Positions 17,607-28,075 of a DNA stretch of 64,000 nt are shown here, in pieces; the first letter of the stretch is position 1, and every line of letters starts with the position of its first letter. The notes below the pieces were generated by a model. It worked only from the letters and a program-made list of their open reading frames with translations. It made no database searches and had not been told where the DNA came from. Source of the stretch: an uncultured Ignavibacteria bacterium (GTDB lineage Bacteria; Zixibacteria; MSB-5A5; CAIYYT01); contig CAZKIH010000011.1 in NCBI GenBank assembly GCA_964552775.1, positions 15,206-79,205 on the forward strand, given 5' to 3'. A program made the position numbers and the translations under genes.

Positions 17607-19298
17607 CTACTTCACCCGCATCGCCTTCTGCTCGATCCCACCTTGATAGAGTATCAAGCTCTCTGCCTTACCGCCCGTACCCAAGACAAACTCGATCTCA
17701 GCATCGACGACCCTGAAAAAGTAGCGCGTCTCCGATTTCGGGAATATCTCGAATTGCTGCTGACCGGTTGCTTGGGCGAAGATCTGTTTACCCTTGCGTT
17801 CTATTGTAATGGAGAAGACGGGAGAGAGTTGGTACTCACCAACATAACGATCGAAGAGCGCAGGGTCAACCGCTACGGCTGCTGTCTTGGCCATGATCGC
17901 GGCTGTTCGCTCATCTGGCAATTTCCCATGACGAGAGTCAACGCCTTCCTGATGAATCACGTGTGCGACGACAACGCCTGCTTGATCGCGCAGGAATGTA
18001 ATTGTCGTGGCGTTATTCATCTCATAGAAGAACTTGTCCGTCGACTCGGGGAATATCTCCGAGCGCATTCCGCCGGACCGCTGCGAATAGAGCCTCCCAT
18101 CCTCTGAAGTAATCAGACGATACTGGTTGTTGCCAAGATCGTAGGCGCCGACGTAATCGCGATATCTGCTCGTGTCAATTGCGACCGGCGTCTTGAGTAC
18201 GGGAACGTCATAGGGCATGCCAAGGGCGATCGCCATCAGGCTATTCGCCAACCGCCGCTGATCGAGCATGTGATTGTTGGCGAGCACGACAATACACAGC
18301 TTCTCCCGCGGAATGCGTATGAACATGCTGCAAAATCCATCGATCAGCCCATCGTGCCAATTTCGCTGATATGATCCAACCGAATCAATCATCATGCCGA
18401 AGCCATAGTTGTCAAGATTTGGCGTCAACATGGCTTCCACTGATTCACGCTTAAGTATCTTTTCTCCTCGAAGTGCCTCATCCCATTTCACCAGGTCGCC
18501 GACCGTGCTGTAAAGAGCGCCGGCAGCTCCGGCTGAACCCGGGAGAGGCAACAGGGTCCGTTGCGGATTCATTTTCTCGTCAAAATGATATCCGAACGCG
18601 CGCTCATTCTTATCAACTGACATCAAATCGTAGCCAGTGTGAGTCATTCCGGCAGGAACCAGGATGTTCTCCTTAACGTAAACGTGCCAAAGCTGGCCGC
18701 TTACCTGGTTTATAATCGCTTCAAGGAGCTTGTAGTTCGAATTGCTATAGCTGCATTTCGTTCCCGGCTCGAATTCCAATGGCAAACTTGCGATTGTAAG
18801 AATTTGCTTTGCAAGGGGGGTATCTTGACCCTTCCACGCCGTGTAGGCAGGAATATCTGTGAAGTTCACAATTCCGGATGTGTGTGTAAGCAGGTGACGA
18901 ATTGTGACCTTGTTTGCGATCTCCTCTGGAAAATCCGGAAAGTACTTCACGATGGGATCATCAAGAGACAACTTTCCCTTTTCCCGAAGCAGCATTACTG
19001 CTGCAGCCGTGAATTGTTTGGTAATGGATCCTATCGCAAAGCGGGTTTCGATGTGATTCAGACGGTTCGTTTCGAAATCGGCGCGCCCGCAAGCTTGCGC
19101 ATAGACAATCCCACCGTCGCTGGCCACCATGGCGACACCGGTAAATTGCTGCAATTTCTCCGCAGCATCCAGGTACTCTTTGAATTCCTTCTCGCTTGCA
19201 GTCGCCGTGCTTGCCGGGAATGAAACCGCAAGAGCGAGCAAGATCAATAGAATTGCTGATTTCATTTTCATGTCCCTCAAGCTCATTCTGTTTGTCAA
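17607..19298 (-). CDS. Secreted serine hydrolase of the beta-lactamase/PBP family with a C-terminal extension
   Basis: Signal peptide MKMKSAILLILLALAVS; SxxK motif SITKQF; YSN-like motif. Confidence 0.75.
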   Translation of the reverse strand: MTNRMSLRDMKMKSAILLILLALAVSFPASTATASEKEFKEYLDAAEKLQQFTGVAMVASDGGIVYAQACGRADFETNRLNHIETRFAIGSITKQFTAAAVMLLREKGKLSLDDPIVKYFPDFPEEIANKVTIRHLLTHTSGIVNFTDIPAYTAWKGQDTPLAKQILTIASLPLEFEPGTKCSYSNSNYKLLEAIINQVSGQLWHVYVKENILVPAGMTHTGYDLMSVDKNERAFGYHFDEKMNPQRTLLPLPGSAGAAGALYSTVGDLVKWDEALRGEKILKRESVEAMLTPNLDNYGFGMMIDSVGSYQRNWHDGLIDGFCSMFIRIPREKLCIVVLANNHMLDQRRLANSLMAIALGMPYDVPVLKTPVAIDTSRYRDYVGAYDLGNNQYRLITSEDGRLYSQRSGGMRSEIFPESTDKFFYEMNNATTITFLRDQAGVVVAHVIHQEGVDSRHGKLPDERTAAIMAKTAAVAVDPALFDRYVGEYQLSPVFSITIERKGKQIFAQATGQQQFEIFPKSETRYFFRVVDAEIEFVLGTGGKAESLILYQGGIEQKAMRVK

Positions 19299-19455
19299 TT
19301 CATCCTCCTGAAGTCCGTCAAATCTTGCTCAACATTAGATGCAGGATACCATGCACTTGTGTCAAGCTCCAACCTCAAAATGGGGCGAGTATGATGAGCT
19401 CTGCCTGGAGAATTTTGCCTTGCCATCAGCGACTCTTTTATTGACTATTATCCGC

Positions 19456-20274
19456 ATGATTCTCGGCGATTGGTTTGTCAATCTGGGTCCAATTCTCCAG
19501 GCACTTCTCGCAACATGTTTCACCTGGGGTGTCACTGCCCTCGGTGCTGCCGGAGTCTTTCTCAGTAAAGAAATGAGCCGTCGAACTCTCGATATCATGC
19601 TCGGCTTCGCTGCCGGAGTAATGATCGCAGCCAGCTATTGGTCGCTCCTCGCTCCGGCAATAGAAATGTCCGAAAACGGTCCGGTTCCGGCATGGGTACC
19701 GGCGGCAGTAGGATTTCTGCTTGGTGCCGTGTTCCTGCGCGGCCTTGATCTCATACTTCCTCATCTACATATAACCGAGTCCGGCCAGCATGCAGAGGGA
19801 ATTAAGACTGCCTGGCATCGCAGCACTTTGCTCGTGATGGCGATTACTCTGCATAACATCCCGGAGGGTCTCGCAGTTGGCGTCGCCTTTGGTGCCGTCG
19901 CCGCCGACCTTCCTTCGGCAAATCTAGCCGGAGCCGTCGCTCTTGCCCTTGGAATAGGAATCCAGAATTTTCCCGAGGGGCTTGCCGTCTCGATGCCGCT
20001 GCGTCGCGTTGGAGTCTCACGGCTGAAGGCCTTCTGGTATGGACAGCTTTCCGGAATCGTTGAACCTATTGCCGGGATGCTTGGAGCAGCGTTAGTGGTT
20101 GCCGCCAAGCCGATCCTGCCGTATGCGCTTTCGTTTGCCGCTGGAGCGATGATATTCGTCGTGGTAGAGGAACTCGTGCCGGAATCCCAAACCTCAGGAC
20201 ATTCACATGTCGCAACCATGGGTGTAATGGTCGGATTCGCAGTGATGATGGTCCTTGACGTCGCTCTCGGATGA
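19456..20274 (+). CDS. zupT: ZIP family metal cation transporter (ZupT-like)
   Basis: [10 protein letters not shown] and [12 protein letters not shown] motifs, 8 TM helices. Start set at MILGDW, an internal Met of the 19339 ORF. Confidence 0.8.
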   Translation: MILGDWFVNLGPILQALLATCFTWGVTALGAAGVFLSKEMSRRTLDIMLGFAAGVMIAASYWSLLAPAIEMSENGPVPAWVPAAVGFLLGAVFLRGLDLILPHLHITESGQHAEGIKTAWHRSTLLVMAITLHNIPEGLAVGVAFGAVAADLPSANLAGAVALALGIGIQNFPEGLAVSMPLRRVGVSRLKAFWYGQLSGIVEPIAGMLGAALVVAAKPILPYALSFAAGAMIFVVVEELVPESQTSGHSHVATMGVMVGFAVMMVLDVALG

Positions 20275-20326
20275 TTACTTTGTTTGCAACGCTTGCCGAG
20301 ACTAAGGTTTGCGCCTACATTGCGGC

Positions 20327-20866
20327 ATGCACCGCAGCGACATCCTGAGGAAACTCCGGAATTATTCCCCAACCGATTCGCGAGATATCAACTGTCGTGA
20401 TCGCATTATAACATTTGTCGAGCGGAACCAAAATTGCTTTGAGCGATCCTTCCAGCCCGGCCACATCACCGGATCGGCCTGGATCACCAATCATGCGCGC
20501 AATCGTTTCCTACTGACTTTTCACTCCAGACTCAATCTCTGGCTGCAACTTGGGGGTCATGCCGACGGTAACCCAGATGTGCTGGCGGTTGCTCTACGCG
20601 AGGCCCGTGAAGAATCAGGCCTCGAGATTATTCACTGTCTCTCCCCGGAAATCTTTGATCTTGATATCCATCGTATTCCCGGTCACCAAGGCGTTCCGGA
20701 ACACTATCACTATGATCTGCGTTTCCTATTCGAGGCCGATGACTCGCAGCCTCTGATCGTGAGCGATGAATCCCATGACTTACGTTGGCTGACGGGCATT
20801 GAAATACTCCAACTAACGCAGGAGGTATCGATTCTCCGCATGCTTCGTAAATCTCCGCTACGTTAA
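20327..20866 (+). CDS. NUDIX hydrolase
   Basis: Nudix box GGHADGNPDVLAVALREAREESGLEI. Confidence 0.75.
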   Translation: MHRSDILRKLRNYSPTDSRDINCRDRIITFVERNQNCFERSFQPGHITGSAWITNHARNRFLLTFHSRLNLWLQLGGHADGNPDVLAVALREAREESGLEIIHCLSPEIFDLDIHRIPGHQGVPEHYHYDLRFLFEADDSQPLIVSDESHDLRWLTGIEILQLTQEVSILRMLRKSPLR

Positions 20867-20929
20867 CACGGATTCAACCATTCGCGAGTTATTTGCCTGA
20901 CAGGCAATGGAGTTTAAGCGAGGACAACT

Positions 20930-21961
20930 ATGAGCATTAATACTGATCGAGTATTCGCCCGTTTCGGCGGCCGCTCCACGAATGCGGCCAATTCCGCAAA
21001 CGGCTCACCTGATATCGTATTCAGCGACGTCGAACTGCTCGACGCCTATTCCCGCGCCGTAACTGCAGTAGTGGAACTGGCCGGACCCGCCGTCGTGAGT
21101 ATAAACGTATCTGTTAAGTCTCCGCGTAACAACCGTGAGCAGGCCGGAACCGGCTCCGGTGTCATTATTGCCCCGGACGGTTACATCCTGACGAATAGTC
21201 ATGTCGTGCACGGCGTCAGCCGAATTAAGGTCGAAATGCTCGATGGCACCGAAACTGAGGCATCTCTGGTGGGAGATGATCCAGCCACTGACCTCGCGCT
21301 CATTCGTGCATCGGCTTCCGGTTTGCCTTTTTCTGAATTGGGAGCTTCAGACAAACTCCGGCCGGGCCAGGTGGTAATTGCCATGGGCAACCCCCTTGGC
21401 TTCCAATCTACAGTCTCTACTGGTGTGGTCAGTGCCATCGGTCGCGCCATGCGCAGCCAGAGTGGCCGGCTGATCGAGAATATCATCCAGCATACCGCGC
21501 CACTCAACCCCGGAAATTCAGGCGGCCCACTGCTCGATACCCGAGGAATAGTGGTAGGCATCAATACGGCGATTATTCGTGAAGCTCAGGGTATTGGTTT
21601 TGCCATCCCGGCAAATACGGCTGTCTCGATTGTCTCGCAACTTCTCCAGCACGGGCGAATCCGCCGCGGTTATCTTGGAATTGCAGGGCAGCAGCGCCCA
21701 CTACCTCGACGCTTGGTACGCTATTACGGTCTGACCAACGAAGTTGGGGTTGAGCTTGTCAAGGTGGAACCAGGAAGTCCGGCACGAAGCGCAGGACTAA
21801 TGAGTGGAGACATCCTCATATCCATTGACAATCGCCCGGTCATGACTGTAGATGACGTTCACCAATTGCTAACCGACTGGAATGGAGAAGCTTCGCTCCG
21901 CCTGACGGTGGTCCGCCTCAATGAGCTGCGGAGTTTTGACGTCTTACCTATTCAAAATTGA
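20930..21961 (+). CDS. Trypsin-like serine protease with PDZ domain (HtrA/DegP family), no signal peptide apparent
   Basis: Catalytic triad context HVV.../D.ALI/GNSGGPL. C-terminal PDZ domain (LGI...GVELVKVEPGSPA). Confidence 0.85.
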   Translation: MSINTDRVFARFGGRSTNAANSANGSPDIVFSDVELLDAYSRAVTAVVELAGPAVVSINVSVKSPRNNREQAGTGSGVIIAPDGYILTNSHVVHGVSRIKVEMLDGTETEASLVGDDPATDLALIRASASGLPFSELGASDKLRPGQVVIAMGNPLGFQSTVSTGVVSAIGRAMRSQSGRLIENIIQHTAPLNPGNSGGPLLDTRGIVVGINTAIIREAQGIGFAIPANTAVSIVSQLLQHGRIRRGYLGIAGQQRPLPRRLVRYYGLTNEVGVELVKVEPGSPARSAGLMSGDILISIDNRPVMTVDDVHQLLTDWNGEASLRLTVVRLNELRSFDVLPIQN

Positions 21962-22067
21962 TCTCAGCCAGTCTGCGGTGCATTTCGCGAGAGGATTATT
22001 CCCTTGACATACCATTGCCTCATAGGTAAAATGATCAGCTAATTGAGTTAATATCACTGGGAGAGGA

Positions 22068-22217
22068 ATGAAAAGAACATATCAGCCTTCGAAGCGGAAA
22101 CGGAAGAACGATCACGGCTTCCGCGAGAGAATGAAGACCAAGGACGGCCGCGCCGTCTTGTCCAGAAGACGCCGCAAAGGCAGAAAAAAACTGACGGTTT
22201 CAGACGAGAGAAAATAG
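22068..22217 (+). CDS. rpmH: 50S ribosomal protein L34
   Basis: 49-aa [52 protein letters not shown]. Absent from the ORF track because it is shorter than 60 aa. Confidence 0.9.
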   Translation: MKRTYQPSKRKRKNDHGFRERMKTKDGRAVLSRRRRKGRKKLTVSDERK

Positions 22218-22305
22218 CTTTGGTAAGGGTTGTCGTCTGTCTGATGGCACTCTTATCAGGCGGACGATTCGTTCCGGTGACAAGACCGAAAGCGAGCATC
22301 TGAGC

Positions 22306-22542
22306 ATGCATTGCTTTCCCACACCCGGTATTGCCAGTCGCTGGTGTTTCCGCATTCCTCGTCGACTCGGCAACGCACCAAGTCGCAACCGGGTTCGCAG
22401 ACTACTGCGAGAGTTTGTTCGCACGCACAAGAACCTGTGGCCCGCAAATTCTGCTGTTGTACTGACGGCGAACCTCACTGCAGTCGATCTGAGTTATCAT
22501 CGCGTTTCAGAACAGTTGGAGCGGTTGCTCGTTCATGAATAA
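22306..22542 (+). CDS. rnpA: RNase P protein component RnpA (ATG-initiated portion; true start probably upstream, non-canonical)
   Basis: RnpA core RIPRRLGNAPSRNRVRRLLREFVR. The frame is open back to 22135 with no ATG/GTG/TTG. Confidence 0.7.
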   Translation: MHCFPTPGIASRWCFRIPRRLGNAPSRNRVRRLLREFVRTHKNLWPANSAVVLTANLTAVDLSYHRVSEQLERLLVHE

Positions 22543-22756
22543 ACTGTTCGGTACCGTTTCGGCGGCACTTGTCCGCGCCTATCAGCTTGTACTATCCCCC
22601 TTTCTGCCAAGAGCTTGTCGATTCTATCCATCTTGTTCAGAATATTCACTTCAAGCCTTCAAAAAATATGGATTCATGAAAGGCACATCAATGACCTTTC
22701 GCCGAATCGGCCGTTGCCACCCGTTTCATCCGGGCGGATTCGACCCTGTGGAGTAA
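22535..22756 (+). CDS. yidD: Membrane protein insertion efficiency factor YidD
   Basis: 73 aa with the YidD signature YQLVLSPFL...CRFYPSCSEY. Overlaps the rnpA 3' end. Confidence 0.9.
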   Translation: MNKLFGTVSAALVRAYQLVLSPFLPRACRFYPSCSEYSLQAFKKYGFMKGTSMTFRRIGRCHPFHPGGFDPVE

Positions 22757-22762
22757 TCGCAA

Positions 22763-24430
22763 ATGTTTGATCGCAATACACTCATCGCCATCATCCTGAT
22801 CTTCGTCATCTTTGTCGGCTGGTCGTTCATCTACCAACCAAGTCAGGCGCCGCCACCCTCGACAGCTGACGGTATTACTCAGGCCGATTCGGTTAAGCGT
22901 GTAATCCCGGATACCGCAGACTCAACCCTTGCGATACCGGGAATGGCACAGCCGACTCTTGATACTTTGGCCGTAGCCGCCGACACGATTCCCGAGAAGG
23001 TGATCACGGTTGAGACGGATTGTTTCAAAGCTGTCTTGACCAACAAGGGCGCAGGAATCACGAAGCTCACTTTCAAGAACTATCATTACACTGAAGGCAA
23101 ACAGGTTGAGATGCTGCCCTCCGAAGCCCAACCGGTCCCGACAATCCTCTCTCCAATAAGTGGGTTTACCGATCACGCGCTCAACTACAGCACTTCCGAC
23201 AAGAGTCTGGAACTAACGAAGGGTTCTTCCAGCCAGTCGATAACTTTCACAGCACAGGTTCCTGGTCGCGGTGAAATCGTCAAGCAATTCACTTTCTATC
23301 CCGATAAATATGATTTTGACATCGTGCTCAAGATCAACGGCGTTCCTCAGCTTGGCCTCGACAAGGAATACGTATTGGCGTGGTTGCCGGGGATCCCGCC
23401 GTCAGAGAAAAATCTTACCGATGATTTCAGCCATTATAAGGCTGCTGCCTACATGGCCGGCGAATTACAAAAGCACGATTCATTCGAAAACGGAAAGCTC
23501 ATCAAAGATGTGACCGGAAGTGCCGAATGGGTCGGCTCATGCTCGAAATATTTCGCGTACGCCTTCATTCCGGATAGCCGAACCAGCAACGGAGCCTATT
23601 TCCGTGGTACTGAGAAGAGTCGCGTTGGTACCGATGGCAGCTACAATGAACGTGACATTTCTACCGGAATTCTCATGCCATCCGGTGCTAATGTCACGAT
23701 TGAGAACAAATTCAAGGTGTTTGTCGGACCTCTCGATTACAAACTGCTCAAGAATTACAACGCCAATCTCGAGGACTTTATCGACTGGGGTTGGAAAATC
23801 ATCCGGCCGTTCTCGCATGCAATCTACTGGATCACTTATCAGCTTCATAAGGTCATCCCCAACTATGGATTGGTAATTATTTTTGTCTCGATCCTGATCA
23901 AACTTGTGACTTTTCCGCTGACACGCAAATCGCTGAAGTCGATGGCGGCGATGAAGAACCTCGCTCCGAAAATGGAAGAGCTGAAGGCCAAGTATAAGAG
24001 CGATCCGCAGAAGTTGAACCAGTCGATCATGAAGCTCTACAAGGAAGAGGGTGTCAATCCATTCAGTGGTTGCCTGCTTCTGCTCCCGCAGATGCCCCTG
24101 CTTTATGGTCTCTACAATGTCTTCCGTTCGACGATCGAGTTTCGCCAGGCCTATTTCATATCGCTATGGCCGGATCTATCGCAGCCCGATCCATTCCCAT
24201 ATATCATGCCGATCATCATGACAGTGGCAATGTTCTTCCAACAAAAGATGTCTGTCACCGATCCTAAACAGAAGATGCTCGTCTACTTGATGCCGGTGAT
24301 TTTCTTCTTCTTCATGAAGGGACTTCCGGTCGGCCTGGTGCTGTATTGGACTATGTATTCTGTGCTGTCGATAGGCGAACAGCTGCTTATTAAGCGTCCT
24401 GACGCTGCGCTTAATCCTCAAGTCAAATGA
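22763..24430 (+). CDS. yidC: Membrane protein insertase YidC
   Basis: N-terminal TM, large periplasmic domain, C-terminal 5-TM core (PLTRKS..., MKLYKEEGVNP). Confidence 0.95.
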   Translation: MFDRNTLIAIILIFVIFVGWSFIYQPSQAPPPSTADGITQADSVKRVIPDTADSTLAIPGMAQPTLDTLAVAADTIPEKVITVETDCFKAVLTNKGAGITKLTFKNYHYTEGKQVEMLPSEAQPVPTILSPISGFTDHALNYSTSDKSLELTKGSSSQSITFTAQVPGRGEIVKQFTFYPDKYDFDIVLKINGVPQLGLDKEYVLAWLPGIPPSEKNLTDDFSHYKAAAYMAGELQKHDSFENGKLIKDVTGSAEWVGSCSKYFAYAFIPDSRTSNGAYFRGTEKSRVGTDGSYNERDISTGILMPSGANVTIENKFKVFVGPLDYKLLKNYNANLEDFIDWGWKIIRPFSHAIYWITYQLHKVIPNYGLVIIFVSILIKLVTFPLTRKSLKSMAAMKNLAPKMEELKAKYKSDPQKLNQSIMKLYKEEGVNPFSGCLLLLPQMPLLYGLYNVFRSTIEFRQAYFISLWPDLSQPDPFPYIMPIIMTVAMFFQQKMSVTDPKQKMLVYLMPVIFFFFMKGLPVGLVLYWTMYSVLSIGEQLLIKRPDAALNPQVK

Positions 24431-25818
24431 AGCTCCCCAACAGCGACGACACGATCGTCGCTATCTCTACACCGCCCGGATATGGCGGTATCGGCGTTGT
24501 GCGCATCTCTGGTAGTGCCGCCTTCATCGCCGCGAACCAACTGATTCACGGGGACCATGATTTCGGCTCCGTAAAATCACATACCGTCCATCACTGCTTC
24601 ATCAAAGGATCTCAAAAACGCGTGTTTACCGACGAAGTACTGGTCACGGTCTTTGTTGCACCGAATAGCTACACCGGTGAAAATGTCATAGAAATAGCAG
24701 CGCACGGCAATCCACAAATCCTGAAGCAAATTGTCGAGATGGCGTTGAATGTCGATTGCCGCCAAGCCGCTCCCGGAGAGTTTACGCTTCGCGCCTTTCA
24801 GAATGGTAGAATTGATCTGCTCCAGGCTGAATCCGTGGCTGACTTGATCGCCGCCGAGGGAACTGCATTCCAGCAGGCGGCAATGTACCAACTTTCTGGA
24901 AGACTCTCTGAGTTTATCGGAAACCTCAGAAACGAACTGGTCGAAATCGGCGCATTGTTCGAAGCCTATACTGACTTTCCCGACGAAGAAATTCCACAGC
25001 AGCAAAAAAACGAGCTGCTCCACAAGATCGACACGATCAATGGATCGTTGGTCCGTCTCAGTGAGAGCTACAGGCAAGGCGAAATCCTGCGATCAGGGCT
25101 TCAGATTCCAATCGTGGGTCCGCCAAATGCCGGTAAATCCTCCCTCTTCAATGCCATCCTCGCAGAGGAACGGTCGATCGTCACGGAGATTCCCGGCACT
25201 ACGCGCGATACAATAGCCGAGAAGGTAGAGATCGGCGGAATTGTTGTGAGATTCGTCGATACGGCCGGGATGCGTGAAACAAGTGATAATATTGAGATTG
25301 CCGGAGTCCAGCGTTCGAAGCGCGAAATAGAAACTGCCGGCATCGTCGTGGCAGTGATCGATGCCACCAAGGCCACGGTGACGGAAGTTCGGGAATTTCT
25401 CTCCAAGCTTGGCAATAGGCAGATAATTCTCGCGCTCAACAAGATTGATCTGCTGACGGAATTTCAGATAGCGGACCTCGAATCTGAACTTCAAAACGCT
25501 TCGCCGCTACTGATCTCCGCCAGGGAATTGCGGGGCATAGACAAGCTGCTTTCACGTGTGGGTGAAATGATCTCATCGACTGCAGCTCCGTTGGGCGGCG
25601 ATTACAACATCATTACTAATCAAAGACATTTGCGAGCTGTGCTCTCAGCTCTCGACTCGCTGTCAAGCGTTCGTGAGAAGCTCGACGAGAATGAGAGCTT
25701 CGAATTATTGGCGTTTGATCTCCGCCAAGCTGTTGAGTTCCTCGAAGAAATCCTCGGCAAGGTTACGAATGACGACATCCTCGCCGAGATCTTTAGCCGG
25801 TTCTGCATCGGCAAGTAA
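24427..25818 (+). CDS. mnmE: tRNA modification GTPase MnmE (TrmE)
   Basis: G-domain GPPNAGKSSLFNA, DTAGMRE. C-terminal CIGK motif. Confidence 0.95.
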   Translation: MKLPNSDDTIVAISTPPGYGGIGVVRISGSAAFIAANQLIHGDHDFGSVKSHTVHHCFIKGSQKRVFTDEVLVTVFVAPNSYTGENVIEIAAHGNPQILKQIVEMALNVDCRQAAPGEFTLRAFQNGRIDLLQAESVADLIAAEGTAFQQAAMYQLSGRLSEFIGNLRNELVEIGALFEAYTDFPDEEIPQQQKNELLHKIDTINGSLVRLSESYRQGEILRSGLQIPIVGPPNAGKSSLFNAILAEERSIVTEIPGTTRDTIAEKVEIGGIVVRFVDTAGMRETSDNIEIAGVQRSKREIETAGIVVAVIDATKATVTEVREFLSKLGNRQIILALNKIDLLTEFQIADLESELQNASPLLISARELRGIDKLLSRVGEMISSTAAPLGGDYNIITNQRHLRAVLSALDSLSSVREKLDENESFELLAFDLRQAVEFLEEILGKVTNDDILAEIFSRFCIGK

Positions 25819-25861
25819 CTCATTCCAATAATCTGAATAGAATCAGCCAGAGCTACCGCCT

Positions 25862-27745
25862 CTACAAGCACGCCGCGCACGGAGCCGCTCCGCCCGTGAA
25901 AATATAGTTGATGAGATACACGACATCGGAAATTGTGATAAGGCCGCTGCAATCAGCATCGCCTGCGACAATTGGAGTCGGTGCGGCTCCTCCTGCAAAG
26001 ATATAATTGATCAGGTAAACGGCATCGGAGATAGTCACCATCTCACTGTGGTCGGCATCTCCACAAATGAACGGCGGATCGCTAATGAGAATAGCGAGGT
26101 ATACTGTATCTGACCTTGGCGGATTGTGAGAATCAAATACAGCAATCTCAAAACCGTAATCCCCATTCTGCGTAGGAATCCCCGTGATCGAACCGATTGA
26201 TCCGCCGTTGAATTTACATCCCTGTGGCAATTCGCCGCTGAGGTGCAGCCAATTGAGCGGCGGCTCACCTCCTACGGCTTTCATCTCATAGAGATAGGGC
26301 ACACCACGCTGACCTGCTGGCGGAAAATTCTGATAGCAATGAATATTGCCATCACAGTGATCGCCGATGCCGTCACCATTTTCGTCCGGTTGAGAAGGAT
26401 TGGAGACAATCGGACAATTGTCATCCAAATCGGATGTGCCATCGCCGTCGCAATCGGGTTTCAACCTGGTCACACTGATCGTGTCTCGAAACGGAGCGCC
26501 GTTGTCTTTGACTTCCACAATGATCAGATTGGATCCGATTGACAATGTTGTGCTGCCGCTAAACAAACCATCGATTACCGGCAAGGTCGTCCCATTAAGC
26601 GTTACTTCCGTGACTGCCGGATTTCCGGAGACACCTGTAACAATCACTTCATCAGTTAACACCACAGAACCTTGTGGTGGAGAAGTAGTTACAGCATTAT
26701 CAGAATTGCAGACTCGGTTCATCACATCAGGCACAGCCGCTATGCTGGATCCAGGGATAACCATCAATTCATAGGGATGACAATAGTCCATATAGCCAAC
26801 GTATCCCGTCGGAACAGATCGGAAGTCATCGAATGCCGGGAACTCGCTGCCGATTGAGGATGGATCCATGTACAGCCATCTGTGTGCGAGCCAAATCACT
26901 GTATACATGTGCTGACTGTACCGCAACTGCCACCGCGTTTCGGCGATTGCGACCCGATTTCTTGAGAGTCCGACTTTGTATAGCATCGTCGTTAGAATGT
27001 GTGCCCTGCTCATGCAGGTTCCCCAAACAATGAACCCGTAGATATCAAACGTTGCAGCGATCGCCTCAATCGATGGGTAGCCATCGTCATAGTTCATCAT
27101 GAACGTCCATGCCGCCTGAACAGCAGGATCGCCGGGATAAGAGTTGATATAGCGGGCATTCGTCTGCAGCCATTCCCATACTAAAGAGCATTTTATCCAG
27201 ATCAACGAATCATCTTCTGTCTGCCCGGATCCGGTACCGATCGAGGCCAACAGCGAATCTATCAACTCGTTATCAGCATCAATGTTGGGGAAGTCAAAAT
27301 CTGTTACGGTTCCGTTTCCTCTACGGCTGTATCCTCCGATAAGCGAATAATTCACGAGTCCTTGATTCAAGGTCTCGACGAGGAACCCTCCCACCGGCTT
27401 GCTAAGATAGATATCAATATTTGCATTTGGAGTTTGCATGAGCATCGTGACCGACTCATAGCCCGCAGCCGATGCGAGAACCGTGTAGTCAGTCAGATCG
27501 GGAAGAACAGGGGACTCAAAGTACCCTGTCGAATCACAGAATACTGAAGTTCCATTTGGCATCAGCCCATTCCCAATAATCAACTCGGCGCACGGAATTG
27601 GGAATCCGATAGCGGCGTCGTAAACACGCCCGGTGAACTTCCCAGCAAGCGCAACGCTCGAAACAAATAGCGTTGTGTACGCCAGTAACGCCACCTTCAT
27701 CAAGAATCTCATTCTGAATATCATTGCAAATGTCTCCAACCGCAA
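25862..27745 (-). CDS. Secreted multidomain protein: CarbopepD_reg-like N-terminus, transglutaminase-like core, thrombospondin type 3 (TSP3) Ca-binding repeats, two C-terminal dockerin-like repeats
   Basis: Signal peptide MKVALLAYTTLFVSSVALA. Transglutaminase-like core GTCMSRAHILTTMLYKVGL. TSP3 repeats DCDGDGTSDLDDNCP...DENGDGIGDHCD. Dockerin-like repeats GDADHSEMVTISDAVYLINYIF and GDADCSGLITISDVVYLINYIF. Confidence 0.65.
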   Translation of the reverse strand: MRLETFAMIFRMRFLMKVALLAYTTLFVSSVALAGKFTGRVYDAAIGFPIPCAELIIGNGLMPNGTSVFCDSTGYFESPVLPDLTDYTVLASAAGYESVTMLMQTPNANIDIYLSKPVGGFLVETLNQGLVNYSLIGGYSRRGNGTVTDFDFPNIDADNELIDSLLASIGTGSGQTEDDSLIWIKCSLVWEWLQTNARYINSYPGDPAVQAAWTFMMNYDDGYPSIEAIAATFDIYGFIVWGTCMSRAHILTTMLYKVGLSRNRVAIAETRWQLRYSQHMYTVIWLAHRWLYMDPSSIGSEFPAFDDFRSVPTGYVGYMDYCHPYELMVIPGSSIAAVPDVMNRVCNSDNAVTTSPPQGSVVLTDEVIVTGVSGNPAVTEVTLNGTTLPVIDGLFSGSTTLSIGSNLIIVEVKDNGAPFRDTISVTRLKPDCDGDGTSDLDDNCPIVSNPSQPDENGDGIGDHCDGNIHCYQNFPPAGQRGVPYLYEMKAVGGEPPLNWLHLSGELPQGCKFNGGSIGSITGIPTQNGDYGFEIAVFDSHNPPRSDTVYLAILISDPPFICGDADHSEMVTISDAVYLINYIFAGGAAPTPIVAGDADCSGLITISDVVYLINYIFTGGAAPCAACL

Positions 27746-28004
27746 TCCGCCAGCCGTGGATGTATCCGCGCCAGCCAGGGTCTACTCCCTTGCCAATTTC
27801 GTGTAGTATTTAGTCCATTATAATCTACAATTTCGAATTGTCAAGGCAGTCCCGAAGCATGGTGCTCGAATTGCAGTTACTCTGAACAACCGGACTTAAG
27901 GGAGTAATTACATTGAAGTAGGACATTGCCAATAGCCCATTGGTGAGAGACTAATTGAGGTTTATGTACTTTGGAGATATGAAGTCGAATCAACGGCATC
28001 TGAG

Positions 28005-28020
28005 CGTTTCACGTGAAACG
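28005..28020. promoter_or_regulatory. parS-like centromere site CGTTTCACGTGAAACG
   Basis: Matches the central 14-mer GTTTCACGTGAAAC of the parS consensus TGTTTCACGTGAAACA. Lies in the mnmG upstream region. Confidence 0.6.
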
Positions 28021-28075
28021 GCCCAACGATCTTGCTTGATTTTGACGGCATCGCCGCGTATCATCTTCTGCTATC

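Noticed and set aside
27990-28075. Sigma-70 promoter call for mnmG (TTGACG...TATCAT)
   Set aside because: The spacer between the hexamers is only 11 nt. Not a convincing -35/-10 pair.
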